A stretch of DNA of 63,261 bases, the filler included, from Collodictyon triciliatum (Eukaryota): NCBI GenBank assembly GCA_043381765.1. It is 5 parts of 5 records of this genome, joined end to end, with 100 filler letters (N's around TTAATTAATTAA, not from the genome) between each part and the next. Parts side by side here need not be neighbours in the genome. Positions count along the whole stretch, not along the records: positions 1 to 21,855 come from JBHJMP010000191.1; positions 21,956 to 30,196 come from JBHJMP010000192.1; 3 more parts are not named here. One strand, written 5' to 3'. The notes below the pieces were generated by a model. That model saw only the letters and a program-made list of their open reading frames with translations. It had not been told where the DNA came from and made no database searches. Of this stretch, positions 13,122 to 25,818 are shown in pieces (position 1 is the first letter of the stretch; every line of letters starts with the position of its first letter). The position numbers and the translations under genes were made by a program.

Positions 13122-15048
13122 ATTCTTTCTTTCTTTCTATTTATTTATTCCCTCATTTATGTATTTATTTATGTCTTTCCCTATTTATGTATTTATTTAT
13201 GTCTTTGTTTCTTTGTTTCTTTGTTTTTCTTTTTCTCTTTCTTTTTTGGAAAGATAACATTGATTATAACAACCATGCAAAATACCTGAACAAAGGTTCT
13301 ATACAATATTAAAATCTGCAGGGTTTTGATATTCTTCTGTAAATCCACAACATCACTATCTGGTAAATTAACGTCGATTGTCACCTATGAAACGAAATGT
13401 GATTTTCATTATTCTTCAAAAGCTTGTAAGCTGCCGATACATATTATTTTTTTAAAAGAAATACACTCATGTTGCTCTCATTTCCCGTAGAGTGGGGTGC
13501 TGGAGTCTGAAAAGCAATTGGAAATGTTAGTCGCGATATACATCATAAGATAGCATGGTATTGTAAATATTACCCCCAAAATCTTATCAGAAAATCTGTG
13601 CACTTTCAAATACGAGCAGGAAGCAGTGGCAATGATGAACTGATGGTGACCTGAGATACAATATAAAATTATTTACAAGAATGCAAAAAAATAAAAGCCT
13701 ATTTTTTTCAAAAAGAATATATTCTTTGGACTGAGAAAAACGCAGAACCTTCTTGTATTAGGCCAGAAGGAAAACAGGCGAATCCTTGGATCCAATCAGA
13801 GTGCTCGTCAATTTTCCTAATTTTCTATTCCACAAGCACGGGATGAATTATTTATTTTTTTTTTAAAAAAAAGAGGACAATAATTTATTGATTTCAGAAT
13901 TATATGGCCTCGTTAAAGTCTTGCAGAACACTTTGTACATAAACACTCTTAATAATGCAAGTCGAGAATACGGATGATTCATTCACTACCTGGAGATATG
14001 ATATATCAATGATGTCGAACGACCCCGACTTTGTGGTACATATTACAAATCTCTGCTTCGAGCCAAGATTCTTCATCAAAAGAGGCCCTGACGGTAAAGT
14101 TAAATAGACACGAGAAAAGAAAACAAGATAGTTTTGAAAATAAACTTGTCGATATCAATGCATTTATGCAGAGTAAAATAAAATTGGAAAACAAAGAACC
14201 ATCGATCATATTCGGGCAACGACGCAAACATCTTCCATCTGCTACATCCCAAACACAAAGAGTGCCATCTTCGGACACTGAGAGGAGTCAATGATGTCAA
14301 TAGTTTACTTGCAAAGTGAACACGAATGTTTATTTAATTATCAACGCTTCAAAGGATATGCGATTCGGCAATGATGAACATATTTCTTACTACGAGATGT
14401 TTTATAGGATTTATTAAAATGGGGAAGTTCGCTGAATTAAACAAGATATTGTGGGATTTCATCTTGGGGAAATGTATGGAATAATAATTGGGTGATGAAG
14501 TTTAAGTATCTCACGGTCTTATATGCTGGTGAATGCAAAAAAAAATAACTGCTGTTACCTGATGCAGCAGCATCTATCCATTCGACTTGGCAGCTTGCAA
14601 TCGAGACAATTCGTGATTGGTGTCCCATCAAATATGCCTGCGTTTCCAACACCTTTGTTTTCATCAGCAAGAATTCAGTTGAATGAATGTTCAATAAAGA
14701 GCACTAAATATTACATCGATATCAGGCCTTTAAGTCTCACTCACAGCAGGCACTGTATCGGGTTCTGCGCTCTGCAAAAGCCTCTGCATGACTATTATTC
14801 CCTCTGCAGTCCCACATAGGACTTTGCCTGATGACCTGGAGTCACATTTTGTTTGCGTTCTTTATGGCTCTCCAATCAAGATGGATAAAAAACAAAGGAA
14901 TGGCTGAGTTAGCTGCCCTGCTTTGAGGATGCTAAAAACACTCTGAGATACCTGGGCCGAAGGCTTACCTGAGATATTCCACACACGTGACCGTCAGCGT
15001 TGGGTTCTCTCCTGTCCAGTGGACGACGGGCATTTGAAGAACGCTCAT
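6449..15048 (-). CDS. WDR7: WD40-repeat protein WDR7/rabconnectin-3 beta (V-ATPase regulator), multi-exon
   Basis: N-terminus MSVLQMPVVHWTGENPTLTVTCVEYL...KVLCGTAEGII...LMGHQSRIVSI...SEDGTLCVWDVADGRCL. C-terminus SQRLAVGTKEKLVLVYDLKT...GHVDSITCVCFSNDGKHLASFS...VRLLWTSHNTATLMRGRGDSFTVSI*. Both ends match the WDR7/WDR72 family. Internal exons were not all resolved. Confidence 0.85.
13034..13138 (+). repeat. (TTTC)n microsatellite
   Basis: Lies in a WDR7 intron. Confidence 0.9.
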
Positions 15049-15723
15049 GACCGAAGCGCACGCCGTAGATTTTCCACGCTATTCCTCCCGGAATGTCACT
15101 ACAGAAGGTGATGTGCTTTGTGCAGCGTCCGATCTTGTTGATATGCAGGCATCTTCTCAGGCTTTCAGCTTTGCAACGCGGCCGAGTTTTCGATTGATGC
15201 ATCGTGTGCTGTCTGGTGCGTCGGCGGTTTTGGTTAGCGTCTGGATTAGGATTCCACCCTGCACTACCGACTACTATATATGTTCCACATGGGGAAGTCT
15301 AAGCGCTGCTAATTTTCCCAACGGATAGACGAATTTGGCAACTCAATTCATTCCAAAACAGTATTTTTTTTAAAAAAACCAACTTTATCTGGAATACGAA
15401 ACAAGAAATTGGCCACCACACACTCGTCCCTTTGCGTCATCACGACTCATTCGAGTCAACCACCCAACCTGCTCGGCATTTCCTTCCTTTCTTTCTCCAA
15501 TCCCGCAGCAGAATCAACATCATTGTTCTGTCGTGTCTTTGGGATGGTGCGACCATGCGGAAAGAATTGTCGAGTGTGGCAAACCGCTCTTGTCAGTCCT
15601 TGTCTTCTGCTTGCTGCTCGCTGCTTTCACGCTTCTGGTATCTGATTCTGATGTGATTCTGTTTCATGATATATTTTTTTTCTTTGCCATCCCTTCGATT
15701 CTGCTGCCTGGGGCGCTGGTCGG

Positions 15724-18700
15724 ATGAATACACCTACCAGCGACGCCGTCGAGGTGATGTCACCACAACGAAAAACACCGCAACTGTCGACAAAGTATGC
15801 TGTGACAAAGCGGCGCGGGGATTTGATGGAGATGGAGATGCGCGAGGTTGTTCACACACCCATGGAGTATCGCTCTGGAGACGATGCTGGCGACGGCCGC
15901 ACAGGAAAGAATGCAAGTGACATCATGTCAGAAACATCTGGACTTTCTGGCATTCTAAAGTCCCTACATGTGGATGAGGCGGTGTTGGAAGACTTCCCCA
16001 AGGGCGAGATTGACCGCCGGAGTCTCCGGTGAGCCTTTCTTTCTTTCTTTTTCTTTTGTTATTTATCTGTTCATCTCTTTGTTCATTTTGCTGGATGATT
16101 CCATACTCAGAGGTGTGATAGTATTAGTACAAAAGGTGTGTCTTTCTGCCTCAAATTATCTCCTCAACTTCAACACTTTTTATATTCGCAGATTTGTTGA
16201 TGAGGAGCTTGAAAAAGAATATCAGATCTATTCAGCCTGGAGTTATTCGAAACCTTCGGCGCTGATTTCCTTGATGTGCTTCGTCTTTTCTCTGCTTCAA
16301 ATTGCGAGATTGTAATAATCAAACATTCTCTCGATTCAAGTGCATATCAATGTCGTTTGATGACTCAACTAACATAACTTGTGACAAACATGATATATAC
16401 TGACTTGTTCCCCAACTTCTATATCTGTCTGGAATATCTCCCGAAGCATAGAAGCACGCGCCTTAGTGGCACTTTTCTTTGCCCTTATCGCGCTTTATGC
16501 CTTTTTCGCATTCACAATTTTTTGCCTCATCCGATACTTAATCAGGAAAAAAGAGAATCAGCAAGCATGCTCAAAGTAAACAATATTCGACAAAAATCAT
16601 GACCTCTTAGAATTATCTGTCCAAAAATCAAATGAGACATTTGTTGTACTGTTTATTCACTTCTTTTGGAACAATAAATCAGGTCATATTCCGTCATGCA
16701 TACTCTTACGTACTTTCATTTTGTTACGTGCTTATCGTTGATAACTCTGGTATATCCCAATCGAAATCTCGGAGAGATGCAGTTTGCCGTAGTGGTAATA
16801 AATAATCAAGAAAAAAAAAGTGACATTCTGCATTAAATTTTATTTTTCCAATTCGTCATATTTTATAAATGCGTCAGAAATTAAAGTCTAAAATGATTTT
16901 TTCGACTCCACCCAGGCGATGACGGTAATTGTGCCATCAGGCTTCTCGAGGCAGCTCTATGTGACCATATACGCTAATTTACTTCCATTTGTTTTGCTGA
17001 GCATATCGACAAATTTTAACTTTGCCTTGATATACCGATGCATGACTCCATTTACCTGCCTTTCAATCCTGTGCATCACAACATTTCGAACTATGGAGCT
17101 CCAGAGAAAGCAGTAAGTATTCCTACATGCAATCTGGCAAAGAGGACTAAAATGAAACAGTAATATCTAAGATGGTATCCACTACATTTCTGCAGCTCGT
17201 TTTATTCAAGAAAAAAGCTGATTCGGATTGAGGAGCACATTTCAAGGGCCAGAAATCAAACCAACTTTCTGCTGTCGAATCTTTATCCTGTGTAAACAAA
17301 TCACAAAATACATATTGACTTCACCTATTCTGATGGATTCCCTAAAGATACAACCGCTCCAAATCACTCAAAAAATTTCATAAAATATAGGCCAGTGATG
17401 AAATCAATGCTTGAAAATACCTCAGTAGATCCCTTTTACCAGAAGTTTAACTGCTCTGTCATGTGTGTGCTTGTTGACCTCTTTAAAGAACCCAATCAAA
17501 ATGAGAAGGCTGTGAGGGATGACATTGAACTGATTCATAGGTATCTGGGATTTTTTCAATTTTTCATGTTCCATCGTAAAAATGTGATAAAATAAACAAA
17601 TAAATAAATACCAATAGGATTATATCCAAAGCCACAAGCAGGTATTTTATTTTTAAAAAATCGAATATATTGCAAATGCCACCCAAGAAATTCTGATAAA
17701 CTTGCTTCAGCAGAAACGGAATCCATAGAATAAAGACGGCAGGTTACTCATCAATTTCATTCCATTTTATTGAACTTCAATTCTAGTCATATACGTACTT
17801 GCTTTGTGTATAGCGTATGCTTATAATTCATTTTATACATAGGTATCTGTATGACGGTAATCAGCCATAATTTGCAGCATTTTTTTTAATATTCAACGCA
17901 TGCTATGTTGATATATTGAACACATAGGCACATATCTCAATTATCCAATATTTTATTAGTTCGTATGTGGGCTTTTTGACGAAGAGACTGTCAACTTGAT
18001 TGATTGTGCATATCTGATTATAAAGGAGTGTTTACGAATCCGGCCAGCAAATGTAAGATTATTTTTAAAAGCTTTTGAAATGGAGAGAAAATAATAAATA
18101 CCTACCCAAAGCTAAGCGTCAAAGTTGGGATTGGCAGCGGACTTGTTATTGGCGGCATGGTTGCATCTTCAAAGAAACATTTTGACGTAATTGGTGAAGG
18201 TATGATTATTTTTCTTTAATTAGCGTACCCAGAAAAAAAAACCATCGTGATTTTTTTTCACGCTGATTGTTAAATTATTCATCAATTTTTTTTCGCTCTC
18301 ATAGGCTGTGACAAAGCTATGAAATCGATTGATTGCGCCGGTGATTGGGAGATTGTAGTCGACAGAGAGACAAAGGACAAATGGGCGGCAGTAATTTCCG
18401 ACGACGTAAAAAAAAAGCATCATAAGATTGAATTCAATCATTTACGTGTAATGATACTGACTCAATCCTTTTCAACTACAGCTATACCTCAAATGTGGGA
18501 CAAATGAGATTGTTTCATTCCATAACGAGTTGGATAGATGGCTGTTCAACTACGAAAAGAGAGATGATACTCTATCCCAGCAAATCTTATCCAATTTGAA
18601 CAAGCCCAACCAAATACAAGATGCCAATCGATACGAAGCGATGAACCAGACGATGGAGGTACACTATTTCTTTTCTTTCAATAATGGAGCTACCAGAACT

Positions 18701-21259
18701 TTATTTAGTTATAATCTATTTATTCTAACAGGAAAAAACAGACACGATTACCCCTTTCTCTCAAGTACGCAATAAAAGAGAGGCAAAGTCTCCATTCGTT
18801 GCATATTTTAGATTCAGTGATACGAATGAAGAGGTTGAATTCCAATTGGGATTACGAACTGAGAGAAACAAGAGGATTCTTCAGTAATTATTTCTTTAGC
18901 AAACACTATTTTATCTAAAATTTTCTTATTAGCCCTTAATGTCTTTACTTGTCCATAGAATGCAGATTGCTGTTATGGTTATCTGCTGTATCATGTTCGG
19001 TTACATAGACTATGTCATAATACATGAATGCTACCAATATGAGAATTCTACCAGTATCGTTTTATTCATTCGCTACTACGTGCTGAGCCCGGTTTTTGCA
19101 ATGTTCCTTATGGCTGCAATATTGTCGAAAGTCTCCAAGTATCCCAACAAGATGAATATGGATATTTGGAAAGTACATTATATTTTGGTGTCTATCTATG
19201 GTTTATTTTCACTTCTCCGGTTGTCATTTATAATCGGTAATCTTCAGTTGCACTGCAGAATGGAATGGATCAATTTTGTTTTTCTTTTCTCTGAGATCTA
19301 TGACATTGGAATTATCTTTGTTGCTTGTGTTACTATCACCCCCATCCTGGTATTTTATCAGTTCGCTCTGTGGGGTTTCTATCTATCTTGGCTTTTTGTC
19401 GCCCACAACCAGGACGTCGGGTATGGTTCATTTTCAATTAATTGAGTTGATGTTTTAAAATGTTTTTTTTATTTATTTTGCAACCCACTCACGTAAAATT
19501 ATATTTTAGGCTAGATGATAAGGATGTCATGTTCTCCATTTTGTCGATTATCGTTTTCTCCTTGCTATTTTTTATGATGTTTATTCTTCTCCGAGAATTT
19601 TCTGCGAGAAGTGAATTTCTAGATAAAAAGATACTGACAAAGGTGATTTATTTATTTGAAAATGTTGTTATTCATACAAAATAATGATTTCTTGAAATAA
19701 CATTGTTACACGATAGGTCGATTTTGCTTGACAAACTCTATATATCTAGGGCGTTCACATCTTGACTGAAGAAAGTGAAGCAAGCGAAAATGCCTTGATA
19801 ACAACACTAAATGACAAACTTTTCAAAGATTTAAAGAATAGCAGATTTTCTACTGTGCAAAATATCCAAAAGTTCCCTATGATAATGATAGAAATCGAGT
19901 ATTCCAGAACATTCTTCAAAGAAGTTTATGCACACTCCAGCTTTTTCAAAATATCCGGTGAATTTCATTTTAAAACTCGCAAAACAAAACCAAAAAAAAA
20001 ACCTTTGTTACATCACAAGTAAAATAAGCCGTTTGAGAAAAACAGAAACCAACGAACACTATTTTGATTTTCTTTCTATCCATTTAAGACCTCATCAAAT
20101 CAATCGAGGAGACTTGCCAAACTTATGAAATGGAGATCATCAAAACGACAAGTTCTATTTTGATGGTAATTTTATTATTTTTCATATCCACTTTACAACA
20201 TATCTTGAGGCCCAACTCGAAATTTCTTTGTTTCTGGCATTACTCAATAAAATCCGAATTGGTTTTCAAAACTGTTGTTTATGTATTCCTAGATTTCTCC
20301 AAAGTCGAGTAACCAAACTGGGGTGTTGCATCTAACAAAGCTTATGGAGCAAACCATGCAGTTTGCATTCAAAGTAAGAACTCGCGTTCTATCATTTAGA
20401 GAAATGTTTGTTTTCTTTTTCTATCATGTTAAAAAAAGATAATCTCTTGCCAAAAAAAAAAGATTGATGTTGATTAATTTCACAATTTTTTATCTTATGG
20501 GAAATAGTTGAATTCAAATCTTTATTCTGCAAGCCACGGAGAGCTGAAGGGTAGTGTGGAAGCTAAAGTATCTGTTGATATCGGAGACTTTAGCTATGGT
20601 ATCATCGGTACGTGAGCTTTGGATGCTAATCGTGATGCCAGATGTAGAAATCTTTGAATCACGTCTGTTTCGAAAAAAAATGTCGAAGCTCATCACATTC
20701 ATCAATATGCATAGGCAAGCGCCCTTTCATATACGATTGCTATGGGAAGACTGGTAAGTTAATTCACATGAAAAGCACACTCTGTCTTGTTTCTATTCGG
20801 CACAGTCGAATTCTGAAATCTATGCATTCTGAATAGTGACGACGCTGATGCAAATATCCAAGCACGCCTTGGCTGGGGATGTAGTGGTACGAAGTTTATT
20901 CTCTTATTTTGTTATTTTAGGTTATTTCTTGATTTTTTTATTGTTATTATTATTTTATTATTTTTTTTTTTGGAAAATAGGTATCTGCCAACGCATTTGG
21001 AGTGTTGAGAGCGTGCCGGTTTATCGAGTTTGAGTTTTTCAAAACAACGCCAGACTTTCACAACCACGACGGAGGCATGAAGCTCTATCGCGCATTTGAA
21101 AAAGCAGATGTGTGGGATATGTTTTGCAAGCATATTGACTGGATGGATGAAAAGGACATGAAGTACAATATCGGAGACGGATTCGCTGATTTCGAGTATG
21201 CTGATGCAGATGCCGTCCAAAGCATCGACGCTGTCGTCTTGACGCATGAGCGTGAATGA
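15724..21259 (+). CDS. Membrane class III adenylate/guanylate cyclase-like protein (TM-C1-TM-C2), catalytic residues degenerate
   Basis: Two hydrophobic blocks, each followed by a cyclase-homology domain. C1: RIKTAGICMTFVCGLF...VKVGIGSGLVIGGMVASSKKHFDVIGEAVTKAM. C2: EIIKTTSSILM...AKVSVDIGDFSYGIIGKRPFIYDCYGKTVTTLMQI...GDVVVS...GGMKLY. Also the pre-TM motif RFVDEELEKEY and the linker NFLLSNLYP. Confidence 0.8.
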
Positions 21260-21364
21260 CAAGTGGCTCGGCTGCCTCTTTTTGTTATTTATTTTGGCTA
21301 TTTTCTGTGTAGAATCATCTTTCTCCTGCCCGTCGTTTTCGCCTCCCGAGCGCAACGCCCGTAC

Positions 21365-21370
21365 TATAAA
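21365..21370 (+). promoter_or_regulatory. Possible TATA box
   Basis: TATAAA ending 30 nt upstream of the ATG at 21401, in a short intergenic stretch. Confidence 0.3.
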
Positions 21371-21400
21371 CGCTGTCGCACTATATCAGATTCACAAAGC

Positions 21401-21635
21401 ATGGCGTTCTGGGCTGCTGTATTCGGGGTTGGAGCAAAAGAGAGAGTGAGTGAGTTGAAGGGTATGCGAAAACATATCAATCACAAAGGAAGCCGTGGTT
21501 GAAAGCAGAGAGAAATGACCGTGTTGATCTGATGCTTGCTTCGCGCTCTAACACAAACGAAACTTCAGCTGTCAACAAGGCGAAGAAGGCGAGAGTGTCC
21601 AGAACTCACCCATGAGTCAGGAAACGTCAAGCAAG
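21401..21635 (+). CDS. 5' end of an unidentified gene cut by the scaffold end
   Basis: ATG at 21401 (MAFWAAVFGVGAKER) followed by GTGAGT/GTATGC donors, a CTAAC...TTCAG acceptor, and an exon ending AAG|GTGGGT at 21635 before a pyrimidine-repeat intron. The reading frame is ambiguous. Confidence 0.35.
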
Positions 21636-21855
21636 GTGGGTTTTTTCTTTTTTTTTCTTTTCCCTTTTTTCTTTTTTCTTTTTCTTAGCTTTTCTTTTTC
21701 TTTTTCTTTTTCTCTTTCTTTTTCTCTTTCTCTTTCTGTTTCTTTTTCTTTTTCTTTTTCTTTTTTCTTTTTTCTTTTTTCTTTTTTCTTTTCTTTTTCT
21801 TTTTCTTTTTCTTTTTCTTTTTCTTTTTCTTTTTCTTTTTCTTTTTCTTTTTCTT

Positions 21856-21955
21856 NNNNNNNNNNNNNNNNNNNNNNNNNNNNNNNNNNNNNNNNNNNNT
21901 TAATTAATTAANNNNNNNNNNNNNNNNNNNNNNNNNNNNNNNNNNNNNNNNNNNN
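21856..21955. other. Artificial scaffold-joining linker
   Basis: N44-TTAATTAATTAA-N44; the 12-mer at 21900-21911 has stop codons in all six frames. Confidence 0.97.
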
Positions 21956-22107
21956 AAAGAAAAAAGAAAAGAAAAAAGAAAAGAAAAAAGAAAAGAAAAA
22001 AGAAAAGAAAAAAGAAAAGAAAAAAGAAAAGAAAAAAGAAAAGAAAAGAAAAAGAAAAAAGAAAGAAAATAGAAAAAGAAAGAAGGACACAAATTACGCA
22101 GCATTAC

Positions 22108-25100
22108 CATTCAGTTAGTGATTTAAGATGGTCGTATGATATTAGCCGCACCAGTGCATGCAGCAAGGATGCGTGCAGTAACTGTGCCATGTCAGAGATA
22201 TTTTTTGAAAGAAGCTATGGGCAATCAAGAAAAATATATAGTTATTTTCATGTTAATTGAAAGACGCAAGATTCGTTATAGTTACCATGACATAAATAAA
22301 GGCAAAATTTGAGAGACCAATTTTCTCACATCATATACAAATTTCGTGGCACTCATGACGCCAAAAGGAGACAAAGACGATGCAGTGGTTTCGGGGTTCA
22401 GTTGCGCACAAAGAGAGTTCCATACATCCGCTCCGATGACTTTTTCCATGAAAGTTGTCCCCAGCTATTTTGGATGAATATTTATAAAGGTAATATCTAC
22501 ATACTAACTCTTAGATGAAAAAAAATATGGGTTATCCATCCCTGGGAAGAACACAACAATATTTATATATATTTCGAAGCATGAGTAACGCACCTTGTCC
22601 CCGGCAAATTCCAGAAGATAAACCGAGCTGTCCAATAATCCGGTCTGGAACCTTCCAAAGTTGCTTCCATCCAGTCTCTTCATCAAACTCAGGGCTTCGC
22701 TTTGCTGAATTCAATTCAAGTCATCGTAAGAATGCCCAAAACTTGCGGTTTATTTTCGTTGGGATATGGGAGTATATATGCAATTCGATTTTCCCTGTAT
22801 GTTATTTAAAGTTCAATGCCAAATCAAAATTACCGAGCAGGACAGAATATTGTTGATGACATCCAAGCAATGATTTGAGATAAATGAGAGCTAGGTATAT
22901 ATTATTCTTAACGTTAGATTACCAAACATTAATGAATGTAATATAATATATTTTTATATATATTGAATATTCATCCGGGTTCATTACCATGCCATGACCA
23001 AAATCGTGCAACTTCACAGATTTAAAAAGAGTGATAATAACAGCAATAACAGCAATAACAGCAATAACAGCAATAACAGCAATAACAGCAATAACAGCAA
23101 TAACAGCAATAACAGCAATAACAGCAATAACAGCAATAACAGCAATAACAGCATCAAACAAGCGAGTAAATGAAAACAAATAAAAATAAACACCCTGATA
23201 ATCATTTAAACTGTCTAAAATTTATACAAATTCAACACTATCGGCTCTTACTAGTTTCTCTCTCGGGTATACAGAGTGGTCAATGAAGAACGATAGAACT
23301 AGCATCACAGAAGCATGGACTGCCGGCTAGTCATAAACAGAAAATAAAAGAAAGGCATTACTTCATGTTCTATGCATAAATATAGCTGATAAAGTTAAAA
23401 TAGTCAACATTTCCACTTGATATATTTTTTTTCGAGAAACATTTATCAAGATTACATCAGACAAATGGGTCATGCATGAGGAGCACGAATCGACAACAAC
23501 TTGAAAAGACTCTGCATTTCTAGCAAGTGAAGAAAGGCAGGTTAGTAAATGACATTTTTTTTTTCTAATGCTATTCTAATTTTGCTGACTTCAATCGAAA
23601 GATATTGTCCACATTAGATAAACCTCATAACAATATCTGGTGCTGACAGAAACACTGTATGGGCTATCATAAAAACGGATGCCTGTGAATGATTTTTTTA
23701 AAAAAAAGAATGAACGCCCATGATTATGGATACAGTAAATATTAACAATAAATATTCATAAATGTAGAAATAAGACAGAAGGTAAATATACCACAATACT
23801 GGAATCTCCATCTCGAAGGAGAAGAAGTATATTACACCATTTTGGTTTCGAGGCGATGAATTCACAATATTTTGGGGAGTATCTACAAACTTGAAGAATA
23901 ATCTAGACAGGAAGATGTAAGAGTGAATGTTTTTTTCTGCTGTTGATGCTTCAGTGCCAGACTGTGAAACTCATATTTAACATTATTGAGGAAATTGCAA
24001 AAAATAAATAAATTAAAATGATCATTTTTTCAAATATGTACACGCAAAACAGAAGATTTTCTGGAAGGCGAGAGCTGCTCGATATGGTCATAGATTCTTG
24101 AAAACGCCGAGTGATCGACTAGGTAGTTTACGGTTTGCGTTCTTATCTATGTCAATGTATAGACAGTATAGAGTTATGGAACATGAGAGGAAGGAATTTT
24201 CTTGACACACTTCGATATAATAATAAAATAAAAATTCATTTATCATAATAGCGAATATTACATTAAAGGTAAATTATCCACCTGCTGAATCAATTTTTCA
24301 TCATATCTTATACTTGGGTTCGGTGTGTTTCCATGTAGAGGAAAGAACAGGACATCCCCTATAAGATTTCAATTGCTATAAGCTAATGGAATTGTTTTCA
24401 ATTATGTTAGAAGATTGGGCGAGTGCATAAGTGGAATGCAGAAATGTTATGACTCTGGTACTTTGAAGTAACGAGAGCAAGAAATATGATGGCAATATTA
24501 ACCCTCTGTGGGATGCAACAAATCAGCCAAGCAATTAATTGAGGATGTGATGATTCGGTCAATAGTCTCTTCTGAGGGGCGAATAGAAGGAACTAAAAAG
24601 AAAAAAAGGATTCAAAAATTAGATTGAATGAATTTTGCTTCATTCTGCAAACTGAAAAGGCATTTTCAAACAATAACACTAATTATCGAACGGATGATGT
24701 ATTCATAAGGAAACCGGATGGAATTTTCATGACTGAAGAGGAGCTCAAACAAAAGCAAATATCAACGAGGACGTCATCATTGAAAAGAGCCTGTGTTGCA
24801 AGAAAGACGTATATATAAGGCGTTTACTTCTGCAAAGAGATGTTTGGGTGGAGAAACATCGCAAGGAGCATCACCCACACCATGGAGTTTGCTATGCTAT
24901 ACCTGATATATATCGATGGCCAGATGGGCATTCTTCCCGGCAGATATGATGAGATTTCTGGCGCACTAAATGGTGCAAATTTAAGCGCATGAAATATAAT
25001 ATAGAGCAAAAGAAAAGAAAGCCAAAAGCTTTTGGATTAGTTACGTAATATATTTACATGGAGGGTTTGTTCCTGGACCACTAGTGTGGGATCTTTTGAG

Positions 25101-25580
25101 AACGTTATCAGTTTGTGAAAATTCGAAAGGAATCCCTAATTATTTTTTTTTTTGTGATAGAGAAAAATATTAGAAAAGATGGAGAAAAGATGGAGAAAAG
25201 ATGGAGAAAAGATGGAGAAAATAAAAAAGAGAGAAAATAAAAAAGGGACACATTTCTATTTAAAAAGGTTTTTTATCGGCTATCAAAACTATCTTTGATT
25301 GAATGTTATTTTATGGTTGAGATATAATTTGATTTCTTTATTTTAAATTGTTGATAAAAACTAATTAACTTGGCTCTTGGACTTGGCTATTGAAAATAAA
25401 GCGAAAAATTACCTGCAGCAATGGTTGGTTGAATCGTAAGGTGTAATCGAAGGAGGCATTCAAAAATAGGCCTGTTGCTCGAATGATTTCGGCCAAAACT
25501 TCCGGAAGAGGAGGGTCTAATTGGTATTAGCCAAGAACTATATTAAGAAATATTCCATGACAGTCCGAATAGATAGATGA

Positions 25581-25667
<87 letters not shown>

Positions 25668-25768
25668 CNNNNNNNNNNNNNNNNNNNNNNNNNNNNNNNN
25701 NNNNNNNNNNNNNNNNNNNNNNNNNNNNNNNNNNNNNNNNNNNNNNNNNNNNNNNNNNNNNNNNNNNN

Positions 25769-25818
<50 letters not shown>

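Noticed and set aside
21900-21911. Palindromic TTAATTAATTAA repeated four times, suggesting a regulatory or recombination site
   Set aside because: It is always centred in exactly 44+44 Ns, which marks it as a synthetic six-frame-stop linker.
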